Assembly (NCBI GenBank): GCA_963664435.2 | Contig: CAXXKM010000001.1 | Span: 288,001-352,000, forward strand | Direction of reading: 5' to 3' | From: Longimicrobiales bacterium | GTDB lineage: Bacteria; Gemmatimonadota; Gemmatimonadetes; Longimicrobiales; Gaopeijiaceae | DNA: 64,000 nucleotides | Made by a program: the position numbers and the translations under genes | Notes under the pieces: model-generated | Database searches by the model: none | Told to the model about the DNA's origin: nothing | Seen by the model: only the letters and a program-made list of their open reading frames with translations | In this document: in pieces, positions 39,240 to 49,277 of the stretch | How positions within the stretch are numbered: the stretch's first letter is position 1 | Layout of the letters: every line of letters starts with the position of its first letter

Positions 39240-40085
39240 CTACCCGCCTCCGAGTCCGCGGCCCGGCCGTCTCAGCAACTCCGGGAACTCGTACACGATA
39301 ACCCCTTCGTCGGTTACATCCGAACTCACGCGCTGGCTGTCCTCGAGCTCCATCCCGTCGAGGAGTTTCTTGGCGGCGTCCGGCGAAAGATCCATGTACG
39401 CCGCGACCTCGCTCGCGGTCAGGCGCCCCCCGTGCTGACTGGCCAGGCGGAGGATGCCGCGCTGGAGCTGACGGGGGGATCCCTTGCGCCAGCGCAATCT
39501 CCTGATCCCCGACCAGATCAGCGCCGCCCCCCCGGCGACTGCGGAAGCTCCGCCGGCGAGCATCAGCAGCGGCATGAAGGCGGGCCCCACGCCGAGAACC
39601 ATGGCTCCCGCGGACAGCCAGCCAGCGCCCATGAAGCCCAGCAGGGCGCCGCCCCCGATCCGGATCCACCCCTGGGCGGAGCGATCTTCGGAGGGCACGA
39701 ACATTGCGGGAGCCGATGGATCCCCATAGTGGGCGAGGGCCTGGTCACCGGATTGGATCTCCCGAGCTGCATCGGGACTCGCGATCGCGCGGTAGGAAGC
39801 ATGTCGCCAGTTCAGGCCACAGCGCGGACAGAGCCGGTGCTGGAACCGCATCAGCCAGTAGACCAGCGCCCCCACGCCGGAGGTGACCAGGCCGAGGACC
39901 ACCAGCAGGGCGATGTGCTGGGGCTTCGAGAAGTAGTGGTCCCCGTATCCCTGGTGCCGGCATCGCGGGCAGGTCTTCAACCAGGTCAAGGGGCGGCCGG
40001 GATTCTCCGCTCCGCACGTCGTGCAACTGCGCGCCGGGCCCTCAAGAGCGGCGCCGCAGGTGGTGCAACGGAGGGGTTTTGCCAT
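39240..40085 (-). CDS. Membrane protein with zinc ribbons and a C-terminal HTH-like domain
   Basis: CTTC..CTTC and CPRC..CPRC; TM segments; GGRLTASEVA..EGVIVYEFPEL. Confidence 0.75.
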   Translation of the reverse strand: MAKPLRCTTCGAALEGPARSCTTCGAENPGRPLTWLKTCPRCRHQGYGDHYFSKPQHIALLVVLGLVTSGVGALVYWLMRFQHRLCPRCGLNWRHASYRAIASPDAAREIQSGDQALAHYGDPSAPAMFVPSEDRSAQGWIRIGGGALLGFMGAGWLSAGAMVLGVGPAFMPLLMLAGGASAVAGGAALIWSGIRRLRWRKGSPRQLQRGILRLASQHGGRLTASEVAAYMDLSPDAAKKLLDGMELEDSQRVSSDVTDEGVIVYEFPELLRRPGRGLGGG

Positions 40086-40355
40086 GCGTCCTCGGACTGG
40101 TGAATCCGGAAGTACCGTACGACGATGCCGCGGGAACGGATTCGCGCAGCACGACCGGAACCGGCGCACCAACGGCATCGAACCGAGGGAGCAGATCGCC
40201 CGCACGGCGCAAAAGCTCGACAGGGACGGCTGCGCTCTCGAATATAACACGCTTCCAGAGAGCGCCGAACAACGCCCGAGCACGTCGATTCACACGGTCG
40301 ATTCGCACCGTCGGTCCACCCGGGCGGGCCTCCCCTCCCGCGCAAGGCACATGCC

Positions 40356-41750
40356 ATGTTCCTGGATTTCGCCCTGATCTCCGGCCTGCTGGTGGTCGCG
40401 CACCTGCTGCGCTCCCGGATCCGGCTCTTCCAGGCGATCCTCCTGCCCACGCCGATCCTCGCGGGGCTGATCGGGCTGGCGGCGGGTCCCGAGGGACTGG
40501 ACCTCATCCCCTTCGCGCGCGACGAGGGCGGGACGCCGGTGATGCGGCGCTACCCGGGCGAGCTCGTGATCCTCCTGTTCGCCACCCTGTTCATGGGCTC
40601 GCGGGCGGACGGACCGGGCCTCGCGAAGATGATCCGCAGCGCGGGAGACACCTTCTTCTACAACCTGTCGGCCTGGATCGGACAGTTCGGCCTCGCGCTC
40701 CTGTTCGCCGGCGCCGTCCTCATTCCCCTCTTCCCGGCAGTGGGCGGACCTTTCGCGCTGATGCTCCCCTCGGGCTTCGCAGGGGGGCACGGGACCGCCA
40801 CCGCCGTCGGATCCATTCTGGCCGACCAGGGGCACGAGAACGCCATGGGCATCGGGTACACCTTTGCCACCATCGGGCTGCTGGCGGCCGTGCTGGGGGG
40901 TGTCGCGGCGATCAATCTCGCCACGCGGGCAGGCTGGACGCGTCTCGTCGCCACCCCGGGCGAGCTTCCCGCCGACCTGCGGCGCGGGCTGATCGATCCG
41001 GCCGGCGCCAGGTACTTCGCCAGGGAGACGGTCAGCCCCCTGGCCCTCGAAACCCTCTCCTGGCATCTGGGGCTCGTGCTTCTCGCGTACGGGGCCGCGC
41101 ACGCCGTCAGCGGGGCGCTCCAGTCGGCGGGAGACCACTTCACAGCCCTCCCCATGTTCGCGCTGGCGGTGATCTGCGGCGCCGTGCTCCAGAAGCTGCT
41201 GGACGCCATGGGCGTCGGCCGGCACGTGGACCGGCAGACCATGGGACGCCTCGGATCTTCGATCTCGGACTTTCTCGTCGCGTTCGGCGTGGCGTCGATC
41301 CCCCTCACCATCGTGGCCGACTACGCCGCGCCCATTCTGGTGATGTCGGCGTTCGGCTTCGGCCACGCCGCCCTCATCACGTGGTGGATCGCCCGCCGGA
41401 CCTTCCGCAACTACTGGTTCGAGCGCGGGATCTTCACCTTCGGATACGCCACCGGGGTGGTGGCCATGGGAATCGCTCTGTTGCGCGTGGTGGACCCCGA
41501 AATGAAGTCGAAGACGCTGGACGATTACGGGCTGGCATACCTTCCGATCGCGCTGGTGGAAATCGTCGTGCTTTCGACCCTGCCGCTGTGGGTTGCCGGA
41601 GGAGCGGTCTGGCAACCGGGATTGCTGCTGACGGGCGTGGCCGCCGGACTTCTGGTGGTTTCGTGGAAGACAATCGGGTTCTTTCCTTCCGACCCGGCGG
41701 CCCGGCGGGCGGGAGAGTCCCGTCGCCGTTCAGCTCCAGACGAAGGGTGA
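40356..41750 (+). CDS. Sodium/glutamate symporter (GltS/ESS family)
   Basis: GFAGGHGTA, FATIG, FGYATG..GIALLRVVDP; highly hydrophobic. Confidence 0.87.
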   Translation: MFLDFALISGLLVVAHLLRSRIRLFQAILLPTPILAGLIGLAAGPEGLDLIPFARDEGGTPVMRRYPGELVILLFATLFMGSRADGPGLAKMIRSAGDTFFYNLSAWIGQFGLALLFAGAVLIPLFPAVGGPFALMLPSGFAGGHGTATAVGSILADQGHENAMGIGYTFATIGLLAAVLGGVAAINLATRAGWTRLVATPGELPADLRRGLIDPAGARYFARETVSPLALETLSWHLGLVLLAYGAAHAVSGALQSAGDHFTALPMFALAVICGAVLQKLLDAMGVGRHVDRQTMGRLGSSISDFLVAFGVASIPLTIVADYAAPILVMSAFGFGHAALITWWIARRTFRNYWFERGIFTFGYATGVVAMGIALLRVVDPEMKSKTLDDYGLAYLPIALVEIVVLSTLPLWVAGGAVWQPGLLLTGVAAGLLVVSWKTIGFFPSDPAARRAGESRRRSAPDEG

Positions 41751-43049
41751 GTTGCTCACCGGATGGAGCCGACCCTCGGCGAACCGACTGTAGCGGAAGG
41801 GTTGCAGCAGCTCCTGTCGCCGTCCCGTCAACTCCTTCGCTACCAGGGCGCCCACTCCGATCATCTTGTACCCGTGGTTCGAGTCGGCGACGAAAAAGAC
41901 GTTGTCGGCGAAGGTGTCGAACACGGGGAAGCTGTCGGGCGTGAAGCTCCCGATACCCCCGGAGGGCTCCCGGCCGATCAGGTGGCGGCTCCCCTCGAAT
42001 CGCTTCTGGCAGAAGGCCAGCGCCGCGGTCCAGGCGCGGCGGAAGTCTCCTCCGACGACGAAGTCGGGGGACTCGGCCCCGTACGGATCGATCTTCACTT
42101 CGCATGGCGGCTTCTCGACTCTTCGTGGCAGGTATCCGCCTTGCACCCCGCCGAAGTGGAAGTCGGGTTTGTAATAGATGCCCCAGGGACCCTCGGTCAC
42201 CGGTCCATCCTCGTCGAAGAGGGGCTCGTCGGTGTCCACGTGGACGACCGGCGGCATGTTCCCCCGGTTGTCCACAAGGAAGCCGGGATCGACCTCTAGC
42301 GTGCCCTCCTGAAGCGCCCAGTATGTCCAGGTGGGCACTTGATGGAGCTTGCCGCCGGCGTCCCGGACCGCAGTCAGGTCCGGGAGATCGAGCATCGCCC
42401 ACTGTTTCCGGACCCAGGGGCCCGTGGCCACGACCACCTGCTCGCAGCGGATGTCCCCCCGATCCGTGATCACCGCCGTGACCGCGCCCGACGCATCGCG
42501 CTCGAAGCCCTCGTTCACGACCCCGAAGACGAGTCGCACGTCCTCGGCTTCCACTCGCGCCCGCAGGCCCTCGAGGGATGCCATGTTGTTGGCGTAGCCC
42601 CCCCGGTGCTCGTGCAGCACGCTGGTGATGCCCCTGGCCTGCCAGTCGTCGAAGATGGCCCGCATGTAGGTGCGGGATGCTCCGGCGCCCTCCACGAAGG
42701 TCGATTCGTACCCGATGGCCCGCTGCTGCTCGTGGATCGAGGCCACGTCGTCGCGCATGGCTTCATGGCTGATCTGCAGATAGCCCACCGGGTGGTAGGA
42801 GAACCCCTCGGCGTCGCTCTCCCAGAGGGCCACCGAATGCGCCATCAGCTCGCGCATGGCGGGCTGGAAGTAGTTGTTGCGGATGACCCCGCAGGCGATT
42901 CCCGAGGCCCCGGCGCCGACCCCGGTCTTGTCGATGACGACGATATCGCGCCCGTCCCCGCGACGGGCCGCCCGGAGTTCCCGGGCCAGGTGCCACGCGG
43001 TGGAAAGGCCGTGGATGCCCGCGCCGACGATGACGTAGTTCGCGGTCAT
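41730..43049 (-). CDS. FAD-dependent oxidoreductase (DAO / sarcosine oxidase beta / N-methylglutamate dehydrogenase-like)
   Basis: VIVGAGIHGLS, GASGIACGVIRN, FTPDSFP, DSNHGYKM. Confidence 0.88.
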   Translation of the reverse strand: MTANYVIVGAGIHGLSTAWHLARELRAARRGDGRDIVVIDKTGVGAGASGIACGVIRNNYFQPAMRELMAHSVALWESDAEGFSYHPVGYLQISHEAMRDDVASIHEQQRAIGYESTFVEGAGASRTYMRAIFDDWQARGITSVLHEHRGGYANNMASLEGLRARVEAEDVRLVFGVVNEGFERDASGAVTAVITDRGDIRCEQVVVATGPWVRKQWAMLDLPDLTAVRDAGGKLHQVPTWTYWALQEGTLEVDPGFLVDNRGNMPPVVHVDTDEPLFDEDGPVTEGPWGIYYKPDFHFGGVQGGYLPRRVEKPPCEVKIDPYGAESPDFVVGGDFRRAWTAALAFCQKRFEGSRHLIGREPSGGIGSFTPDSFPVFDTFADNVFFVADSNHGYKMIGVGALVAKELTGRRQELLQPFRYSRFAEGRLHPVSNSPFVWS

Positions 43050-43158
43050 GGCCCTCGAACCCTCTACGCCTGCCGTGAAGGCCCGCGCAACGACAAGAGA
43101 AGTCGCGAGGCACCCCGGGCGCCGGCCCGCCGCACCGGGCGAAGCGGCACCGGAGTGT

Positions 43159-44655
43159 CTAGCGAACCAGCAGAATCCGGTTGTTCACGGGATAGAGCCA
43201 CTCCACCCCGCGCTCCGTCACCACGGCGTCGTCCTCCAGGGGGATGCGCACCTTGGCGTTGTCCCACTCCGGGTTGGCCGTGTAGGCGAACAGTTCTACG
43301 GAGATGAGCGTGCCGGGACGCAGCTCGTAGGTCTGCCGGGTCGGGTTGAAGAAGGCCAGCGAGGGGCCGATGCCGTGCCCCCAGTTCCCCACCGAGTGCG
43401 GACCGAGGACGACATCCGTGACCGCCGGATCGTCGGTGGGCTGGTTGAACTCGATGCGGTTGAAGCCGGCAGCCTCGATGGCGGCCCAGGTGGCGTCCAG
43501 CGCCTCCCGGGCGGTGGCGGCGGGCTTGATCGCGGCCTTCATGACGTCGCGCACCTCGACGCCGCGGTCGAACGCGCGCTGGAGCCCGGGCGGGGCTTCG
43601 GTCTCGCCCTCGCGCAGCACATAGGCGATGCGCTTCATGTCGGTGTAGAAATCGAGGTAGCCCACGCCCCAGTCGATCATCAGCAGGTCTCCCCGCTGGA
43701 TGATGCGCGCCGACGAGGTGGCCTCGATGCCCTCGGGGCCGGTGATGTAGATGGAGGGCATGTCGAAGGACGACTCGAGCCCGCGCTCGAGCAGCCGGTC
43801 CCAGATCCACCAGGCCACGTCTTCGAGCGCGGTCACGCCCGGCTCGATGACCTCGTTGGAGAAGGCCCGCTCGGCGATCTCGCGGCTGATCTCGCCGGCC
43901 TCGGCGAAGGCTGCGATCTCCATGGCGGTGCGGGTGGCGCGGAAGTCCGACACGAAGCGCTCGGCCGAGACCAGACGCTCGCCATACGTCGGCCCCAGCG
44001 TCTCCTGCAGATGCAGATACGAGGTATGCGAGAGGCCGTCCGCGCCGCCGATGGAGGCGGCCATGTTGACGCCGATGCGGTCCGGACTGCGTTCGGCCAC
44101 GTAGTCGGCGAGCGAGGCCGCGGAACCGAAGTGGTCGTAGACGCCGCACTGCTCGAGCATGTATCCGCCCACGCCCAGCGCCGTGCGCTCGACGCGCCCG
44201 CCATCGCCCGGGTTGGTGAAGACGTAGTACGCCCAGTCACCCACGTAGCCCCGGCCCAGAGCCTCCCACAGCGGATCCAGCAGCCCCTCCCGCATCACCA
44301 CGATCCACATGTCGAGGTCGTTATCCTGCATCGCCCCGGGGAGGACCAGGTCGAACTTCTCGGCACGGATCTGGCACATGCGCTCCCAGCGGCGGCGCGC
44401 TTCCTGTCCCTCGGCGGGAGAGGCGGCGGAGAGACCGGCTACCAGCAGGACGGCGGCCGGGATCAGGCCGCGGACCGAGGGCGGCGCGGGGGACCGGCGA
44501 CGGGCCGGCAGGTCCGCGGCGGATGGCGCGGTCGAGCGCGGGCGCGCCGCAACCCTCGCGCTCTGCCCGGCTGTCGCGGAGTGGTGCCCCCGCGGCGCTG
44601 GACGCGGTGAGTGTAGAGACGGACGGGCCGATTGGGTATCTTCGGTCACGCGCAT
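43159..44655 (-). CDS. M24 family metallopeptidase, secreted
   Basis: GDLLMIDWG..YTD, HSVGNWGH, SVEL, LEDD; paralog of 33396-34847. Start uncertain. Confidence 0.85.
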   Translation of the reverse strand: MRVTEDTQSARPSLHSPRPAPRGHHSATAGQSARVAARPRSTAPSAADLPARRRSPAPPSVRGLIPAAVLLVAGLSAASPAEGQEARRRWERMCQIRAEKFDLVLPGAMQDNDLDMWIVVMREGLLDPLWEALGRGYVGDWAYYVFTNPGDGGRVERTALGVGGYMLEQCGVYDHFGSAASLADYVAERSPDRIGVNMAASIGGADGLSHTSYLHLQETLGPTYGERLVSAERFVSDFRATRTAMEIAAFAEAGEISREIAERAFSNEVIEPGVTALEDVAWWIWDRLLERGLESSFDMPSIYITGPEGIEATSSARIIQRGDLLMIDWGVGYLDFYTDMKRIAYVLREGETEAPPGLQRAFDRGVEVRDVMKAAIKPAATAREALDATWAAIEAAGFNRIEFNQPTDDPAVTDVVLGPHSVGNWGHGIGPSLAFFNPTRQTYELRPGTLISVELFAYTANPEWDNAKVRIPLEDDAVVTERGVEWLYPVNNRILLVR

Positions 44656-44672
44656 GGCAACGTTCCTGAAAG

Positions 44673-45476
44673 GTGCGAAGTCTCAAGTACATGTATCGGA
44701 TGCACACACGCGGGGAATCTCGGCGATCGCCCGCCGTCTGGCAAAGGCGGCGGCTGCCACTCCTCCAGACACTCGTCCTCGTGGGCATCCTGGTCCCCGC
44801 GATTCTTCCCGCGCACCTTCGCGCGCAGCAGATTCCCTCGGCCTACCGCTTCATCGAGACCGCGCAGGAGGCGGGCGCGTCGATGTTCACGGTGGAACCG
44901 CGGGCGGGAATCTTCGGGTTCGGGCCCAAGGGCGGCCGGATCATGGGCTCGTATTATCAGATACGCGTCGGCGGACCGTTCTCCCTCCAGGGCAACGTCG
45001 GGTATCTGCCCACGACCCGGGACGTCATCGATCCGCGCCGGGACGAGGGGGACCGCAAGATCGGCGAAGCAGACCTAACCATGGGGACGGCCGACGTGCG
45101 CCTCCAGTTCACGCTCACGGGCCCGCGGACCTGGTACCGGCTGGCGCCCCACCTGTTCGCGGGCGGTGGCATCGCCATGGACTTCGCGCCGGACCAGGAT
45201 ATCGACATGGTGCTCGAGGAGGATGACCGCTTCTCGTTCGGCCCCTCCTTCCTGGGAAGCTTCGGGGCCGGGATCAAGTTGTTTCCCGTCGACCGCATCT
45301 CGGTACGGGCGGAGGGCGTCGTGACCTACTGGAAGGTCAACACGCCGCGCGGCTTCCTGCGCACCGACCGCGCGCTCCTGCCGCCGCCCGAGGGCTCCGA
45401 CCAGCCTGCCATCCCCGAGGACGGTTTCTGGGCGGTCGGAAGGGGACTGTCCCTCGGGATCGCCTGGCGGTTCTAG
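44673..45476 (+). CDS. Outer-membrane beta-barrel protein
   Basis: Signal peptide (..AHLRA/Q); alternating beta strands; C-terminal LGIAWRF. Start uncertain. Confidence 0.7.
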   Translation: MRSLKYMYRMHTRGESRRSPAVWQRRRLPLLQTLVLVGILVPAILPAHLRAQQIPSAYRFIETAQEAGASMFTVEPRAGIFGFGPKGGRIMGSYYQIRVGGPFSLQGNVGYLPTTRDVIDPRRDEGDRKIGEADLTMGTADVRLQFTLTGPRTWYRLAPHLFAGGGIAMDFAPDQDIDMVLEEDDRFSFGPSFLGSFGAGIKLFPVDRISVRAEGVVTYWKVNTPRGFLRTDRALLPPPEGSDQPAIPEDGFWAVGRGLSLGIAWRF

Positions 45477-45486
45477 GAGACGGCTG

Positions 45487-46839
45487 ATGGGTGACGGGCC
45501 GGAAGCCCGGAGGGATCGGACGCCGACGACGCGATTCGAGTCCCGCTCCGCCGACTGGCTCTCCTGTACCGACGCGCTGGCGCGGGTCATGGGGCATGCC
45601 CGGGCGCTTCCGGCGCTTCGGCTGCCGGTCGAGGCCGCGAGGGGCATGGCGCTGGCGCGACCGGTCGAGAGCCCGGTCACCCTGCCCCCATGGGACAACT
45701 CGGCGATGGACGGCTACGCGGTGCGGGGCGACTCCATCGCCGGAGCCTCACCCGAAGCCCCCCGCACCCTGCGCGTGACCGGCGCCCTGCGCGCAGGCGA
45801 GGTCGGCGGGGTGGCGGTGGGAGCGGGCGAGGCCGTGCGCATCATGACCGGCACCCCTGTCCCGGAGGGGGCCGACTGCGTGATCCGGGTCGAGGATACC
45901 GACGCCGAGCGCGAACCGGGACGTGTGGCGGTGTTCTCCGAGCGGGACCGGGGCCGCAACGTGCGCCCGGCCGGACAGGACATGCGGGCGGGCGAGACCG
46001 TCGTCCCCCGCGGGACCACGCTGGGGGCGGGCCAGGTCGGCGTGCTGGCCGCGTGCGGGCTCACCTCGGCGCAGGTGCACCGGCGGCCGGTGGCGGCGGT
46101 GCTCGCGAGCGGCGACGAGATCGCCCCGGCGGAGCGGTTCGCCGAGGTCGCGGCCGGGCGCGCCATCCCCGACACCAACGGTCCCATGCTGGCCGCCGCG
46201 GTGGAGGAGGCGGGGGGGGAGGCGGTGCGGCCGGGGATCGCGCGCGACACCGAGGAGAGCGTGCGCGAGCACCTGCTGCGGGGCGCCGCGCAGGCCGACC
46301 TGCTGATCACCATCGGGGGCGCGTCCATGGGCGAGGGCGACCTCTTCAAGCGGGTGCTCGACGAGCTCGGTTACATGCCCGACTTCTGGCGCGCGCGCAT
46401 CCGCCCCGGCAGCCCGTTCGGCTTCGGACACCTGCCCGTCGAGGGGCGAAAGCCCGTGCCCGTGTTCGGGCTCCCCGGGAATCCGGCGTCGGCCTTCGTC
46501 ACCTTCCATCTCTTCGCGCGGCCCTTCATCAGCGCGCTGGCGGGACATCGGCATCCCTTCCCTCCGGTCGTGCGGGCCCGAGCCGGCGTGGCCATGGGTG
46601 GCCCCAAAGGGCTGGCGGTCTACCCGCGGGTACGCCTGCGGCGCGCCCCCGGCGGCGGATGGATCACGGTGCTCGCGGGGCATCAGAGTTCGGCGCTGGT
46701 GGCGCCCACGGGCCGCGCCGACGGGCTGGCGGTGATCCCCGAGGGTGTCGCGGGCATCGCCGAGGGAGAGGAGGTCGACGTGCTGTTGTTCGGCAGTCCG
46801 GGCCGGCTTCGCGGCGAGGCCGGTCGCGGCGCGGAGTGA
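45487..46839 (+). CDS. moeA: Molybdopterin molybdotransferase
   Basis: PPWDNSAMDGYA, RIMTG, SGDE, GGASMG, GLPGNP. Confidence 0.95.
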   Translation: MGDGPEARRDRTPTTRFESRSADWLSCTDALARVMGHARALPALRLPVEAARGMALARPVESPVTLPPWDNSAMDGYAVRGDSIAGASPEAPRTLRVTGALRAGEVGGVAVGAGEAVRIMTGTPVPEGADCVIRVEDTDAEREPGRVAVFSERDRGRNVRPAGQDMRAGETVVPRGTTLGAGQVGVLAACGLTSAQVHRRPVAAVLASGDEIAPAERFAEVAAGRAIPDTNGPMLAAAVEEAGGEAVRPGIARDTEESVREHLLRGAAQADLLITIGGASMGEGDLFKRVLDELGYMPDFWRARIRPGSPFGFGHLPVEGRKPVPVFGLPGNPASAFVTFHLFARPFISALAGHRHPFPPVVRARAGVAMGGPKGLAVYPRVRLRRAPGGGWITVLAGHQSSALVAPTGRADGLAVIPEGVAGIAEGEEVDVLLFGSPGRLRGEAGRGAE

Positions 46840-46867
46840 TGCGGCCGGACACCGCTTCCGCCAGCCC

Positions 46868-47869
46868 GTGAGAGGCTTCCGCGCGCGCGCTCCCCGGCTG
46901 GCCCGCACCCCCACCGGCGAGTTGGACCTCCTGGCGCTGGTGGTCATCTGGGGCGTCAACTTCACGGTCGTGAAGGTGGTGTTGCAGGAGGTCGAGCCGC
47001 TGGCCTTCAACGCACTGCGCTTCCCCTTCGCCGCGCTGACGGTGTTGATCCTCCTGCGCGCCCAGGGACGGCGCCTCCTGCCGCGCCGGAGGGATTGGGC
47101 CCGGGTCGCGTGGCTGTCGCTGTTCGGACACCTGGCCTACCAGGTTTTCTTCATCTTCGGGCTCGCGCTCACCCTGGCCGGCAACGCCTCGCTCATGCTG
47201 GCGACGGTCCCCATGTGGATCGCCATCCTCTCCCCCGCGCTGGGCCACGAACGCTTCAGCTGGATGATTCTGGGCGGTGTGTTCATCACGATGTCGGGAC
47301 TGGTGCTCGTCATCCTGGGAGGATCCGCGGGAATGACGCTGGGCGGAGAGACCTTGCGCGGAGACCTGTTGATGCTGGCCGCCGCGGTCGTCTGGGCGCT
47401 GTACACGGTGCTGGGGCGCCGGGCGGTGCGGCGCAACGGGGCGCTCGAGATGACCGCCTGGACCCTCTGGCTGGGGACCCCCGCGCTTGTTCTGATGGGT
47501 CTTCCGGGCCTGCTTCGCACCGACTTCGGATCCCTCTCGGCGGGAGCCTGGGGGGGCATCGTGTACGCGGGCGTGCTGGCGATCGGGATCGCATACTTCA
47601 TCTGGTATCGGGGGGTGCGGAGACTCGGCAGCAGTCGTACCGCCGTCTACTCCAACCTGGTGCCCGTGGCTGCGATCCTCACGGCGTGGCTCTGGATCGG
47701 CGAGACCCCGCGCGCGTTGCAGTTGCTCGGGGCCGGCGTCATCTTGGCGGGCATCGCCGTCGTTCGCCTGGCGCCTCCGACCAGGGCGGGTGATCGGGCC
47801 CGCCGAAGAGTCCTGCGGGAACGCCGGCGAGCCGAGAAGGCGGCACGATCCAGGAGGAAACGACGATGA
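46868..47869 (+). CDS. DMT/EamA family transporter
   Basis: IWGVNF..LRF, LGHERF, GDLLML, YSNLVPV, IGE. GTG start at 46868 is uncertain. Confidence 0.88.
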   Translation: MRGFRARAPRLARTPTGELDLLALVVIWGVNFTVVKVVLQEVEPLAFNALRFPFAALTVLILLRAQGRRLLPRRRDWARVAWLSLFGHLAYQVFFIFGLALTLAGNASLMLATVPMWIAILSPALGHERFSWMILGGVFITMSGLVLVILGGSAGMTLGGETLRGDLLMLAAAVVWALYTVLGRRAVRRNGALEMTAWTLWLGTPALVLMGLPGLLRTDFGSLSAGAWGGIVYAGVLAIGIAYFIWYRGVRRLGSSRTAVYSNLVPVAAILTAWLWIGETPRALQLLGAGVILAGIAVVRLAPPTRAGDRARRRVLRERRRAEKAARSRRKRR

Positions 47870-49185
47870 GTTGCGAGCCGGGAAATCTGCCTCCTCTGCA
47901 AGGCGCATTTCGCCATGCTGGTTCCGGACGCGCACCGGATTCTGGTGCGCGTTTGTTGAACGGCCAGCTGTTGCCTGCGTCTCCAACAGCGCACGCACCA
48001 CATTTTGTTGCGCGGCTGCTCCTGATGGCGGCAGTCATGTCCGGCGCCGCCGGCCCCCTTGTGACCCAGGACTCCCCCGCCGACTACATCGCGCTCATCG
48101 AGGGCGTCCAGAGCCCGAATCGGCAAGGCCTGGACGTGCTTACGTTGCCGGAGGTGATGGAGCGCTTCGGCGTGCCCGGAATGAGCGTTGCCGTCATCCG
48201 CGACTTCGAGGTGCACTGGGCCAGGGGGTACGGGATCGCGGACGTGGTGACCGGCGCGCCGGTGGACACCGGGACCCTCTTCCAGGCCGCGTCGATCTCA
48301 AAGCCGGTGACCGCCATGGCGGCACTGACCGCCGTCCAGGAGGGCCTGTTCACGCTGGACGACGACATCAACTCGATCCTGCGCTCCTGGTCGCTTCCGG
48401 GGCGCGGTTTCACGGACGAACGTCCCGTGACCCCGCGGCTCCTCTTCAGCCACACCTCCGGGCTGGGCGACGGCCACGGCTTTCCGGGCTACGCACCGGA
48501 TGCCCCCCGTCCGACCCCGGTGCAGATCTTCGAGGGAGACGGGCCTTCGAACGTGGGACCGGTCGAGCTGGTGCGCGCGCCCCTCACCGCGATGCACTAC
48601 TCCGGCGGCGGCACGACCATCATGCAGCTGGCCCTGACCGACGCCCGCGGCGAGTCCTTCCCCGACCTCATGCGCCGGACCGTCCTGGCGCCCGTTGGGA
48701 TGACGCGCAGCACCTTCGAGCATCCCCTCCCCCCGGCCCTCGACGTGAACGCCGCGCGCGGCCACCGGGGCGACGGCCTGCCGATGGGACTGGAGAAGTG
48801 GCATACGTACGCCGCACTGGCCGCGGCCGGGCTGTGGACCACGCCCACCGACCTGGCGGGCTTCGCGATCGAGGTGCAGAAGGCGGCCCGCGGCGACCCG
48901 GACCGGGTGCTGTCGCGCGCGAGCGCGCAGGAAATGCTGAGCCCGGTGGGTGTGGGCTCCTACGCCGTGGGCTTCCACATCGAGCAGCGCGGCGAGGGCT
49001 GGTATTTCAGCCACTCCGGGGGCAACTGGGGCTTCGTGTGCTACCTCACGGCGCACAGGGCCAAGGGGTACGGCGTGGTGGTAATGACCAACTCCTCCGG
49101 CGGAGGCGGCTTGTATCGCGAAGTGCTGGAGCGGGTCGAGCGGGCCTACGGGTGGGATTCCCTGGACAAGCCGGTGCTGCGTTAG
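47866..49185 (+). CDS. Serine hydrolase (beta-lactamase class C-like)
   Basis: FQAASISK (SxxK), LFSHTSG, HYSGGG, HSGGN. True start may be near 48025. Confidence 0.88.
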   Translation: MSCEPGNLPPLQGAFRHAGSGRAPDSGARLLNGQLLPASPTAHAPHFVARLLLMAAVMSGAAGPLVTQDSPADYIALIEGVQSPNRQGLDVLTLPEVMERFGVPGMSVAVIRDFEVHWARGYGIADVVTGAPVDTGTLFQAASISKPVTAMAALTAVQEGLFTLDDDINSILRSWSLPGRGFTDERPVTPRLLFSHTSGLGDGHGFPGYAPDAPRPTPVQIFEGDGPSNVGPVELVRAPLTAMHYSGGGTTIMQLALTDARGESFPDLMRRTVLAPVGMTRSTFEHPLPPALDVNAARGHRGDGLPMGLEKWHTYAALAAAGLWTTPTDLAGFAIEVQKAARGDPDRVLSRASAQEMLSPVGVGSYAVGFHIEQRGEGWYFSHSGGNWGFVCYLTAHRAKGYGVVVMTNSSGGGGLYREVLERVERAYGWDSLDKPVLR

Positions 49186-49277
49186 GGGCCACCCGCAGTC
49201 TGCAACCCGCCCGGCATCGCGCCGCGCCACGAGCTGGCGGGCACCGCCGTGTGCCGTGAGCCGGCAAGCGCCGGACT

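Noticed and set aside
47866..49185. True beta-lactamase
   Set aside because: The SxxK serine-hydrolase family is broad; nothing indicates beta-lactam specificity.
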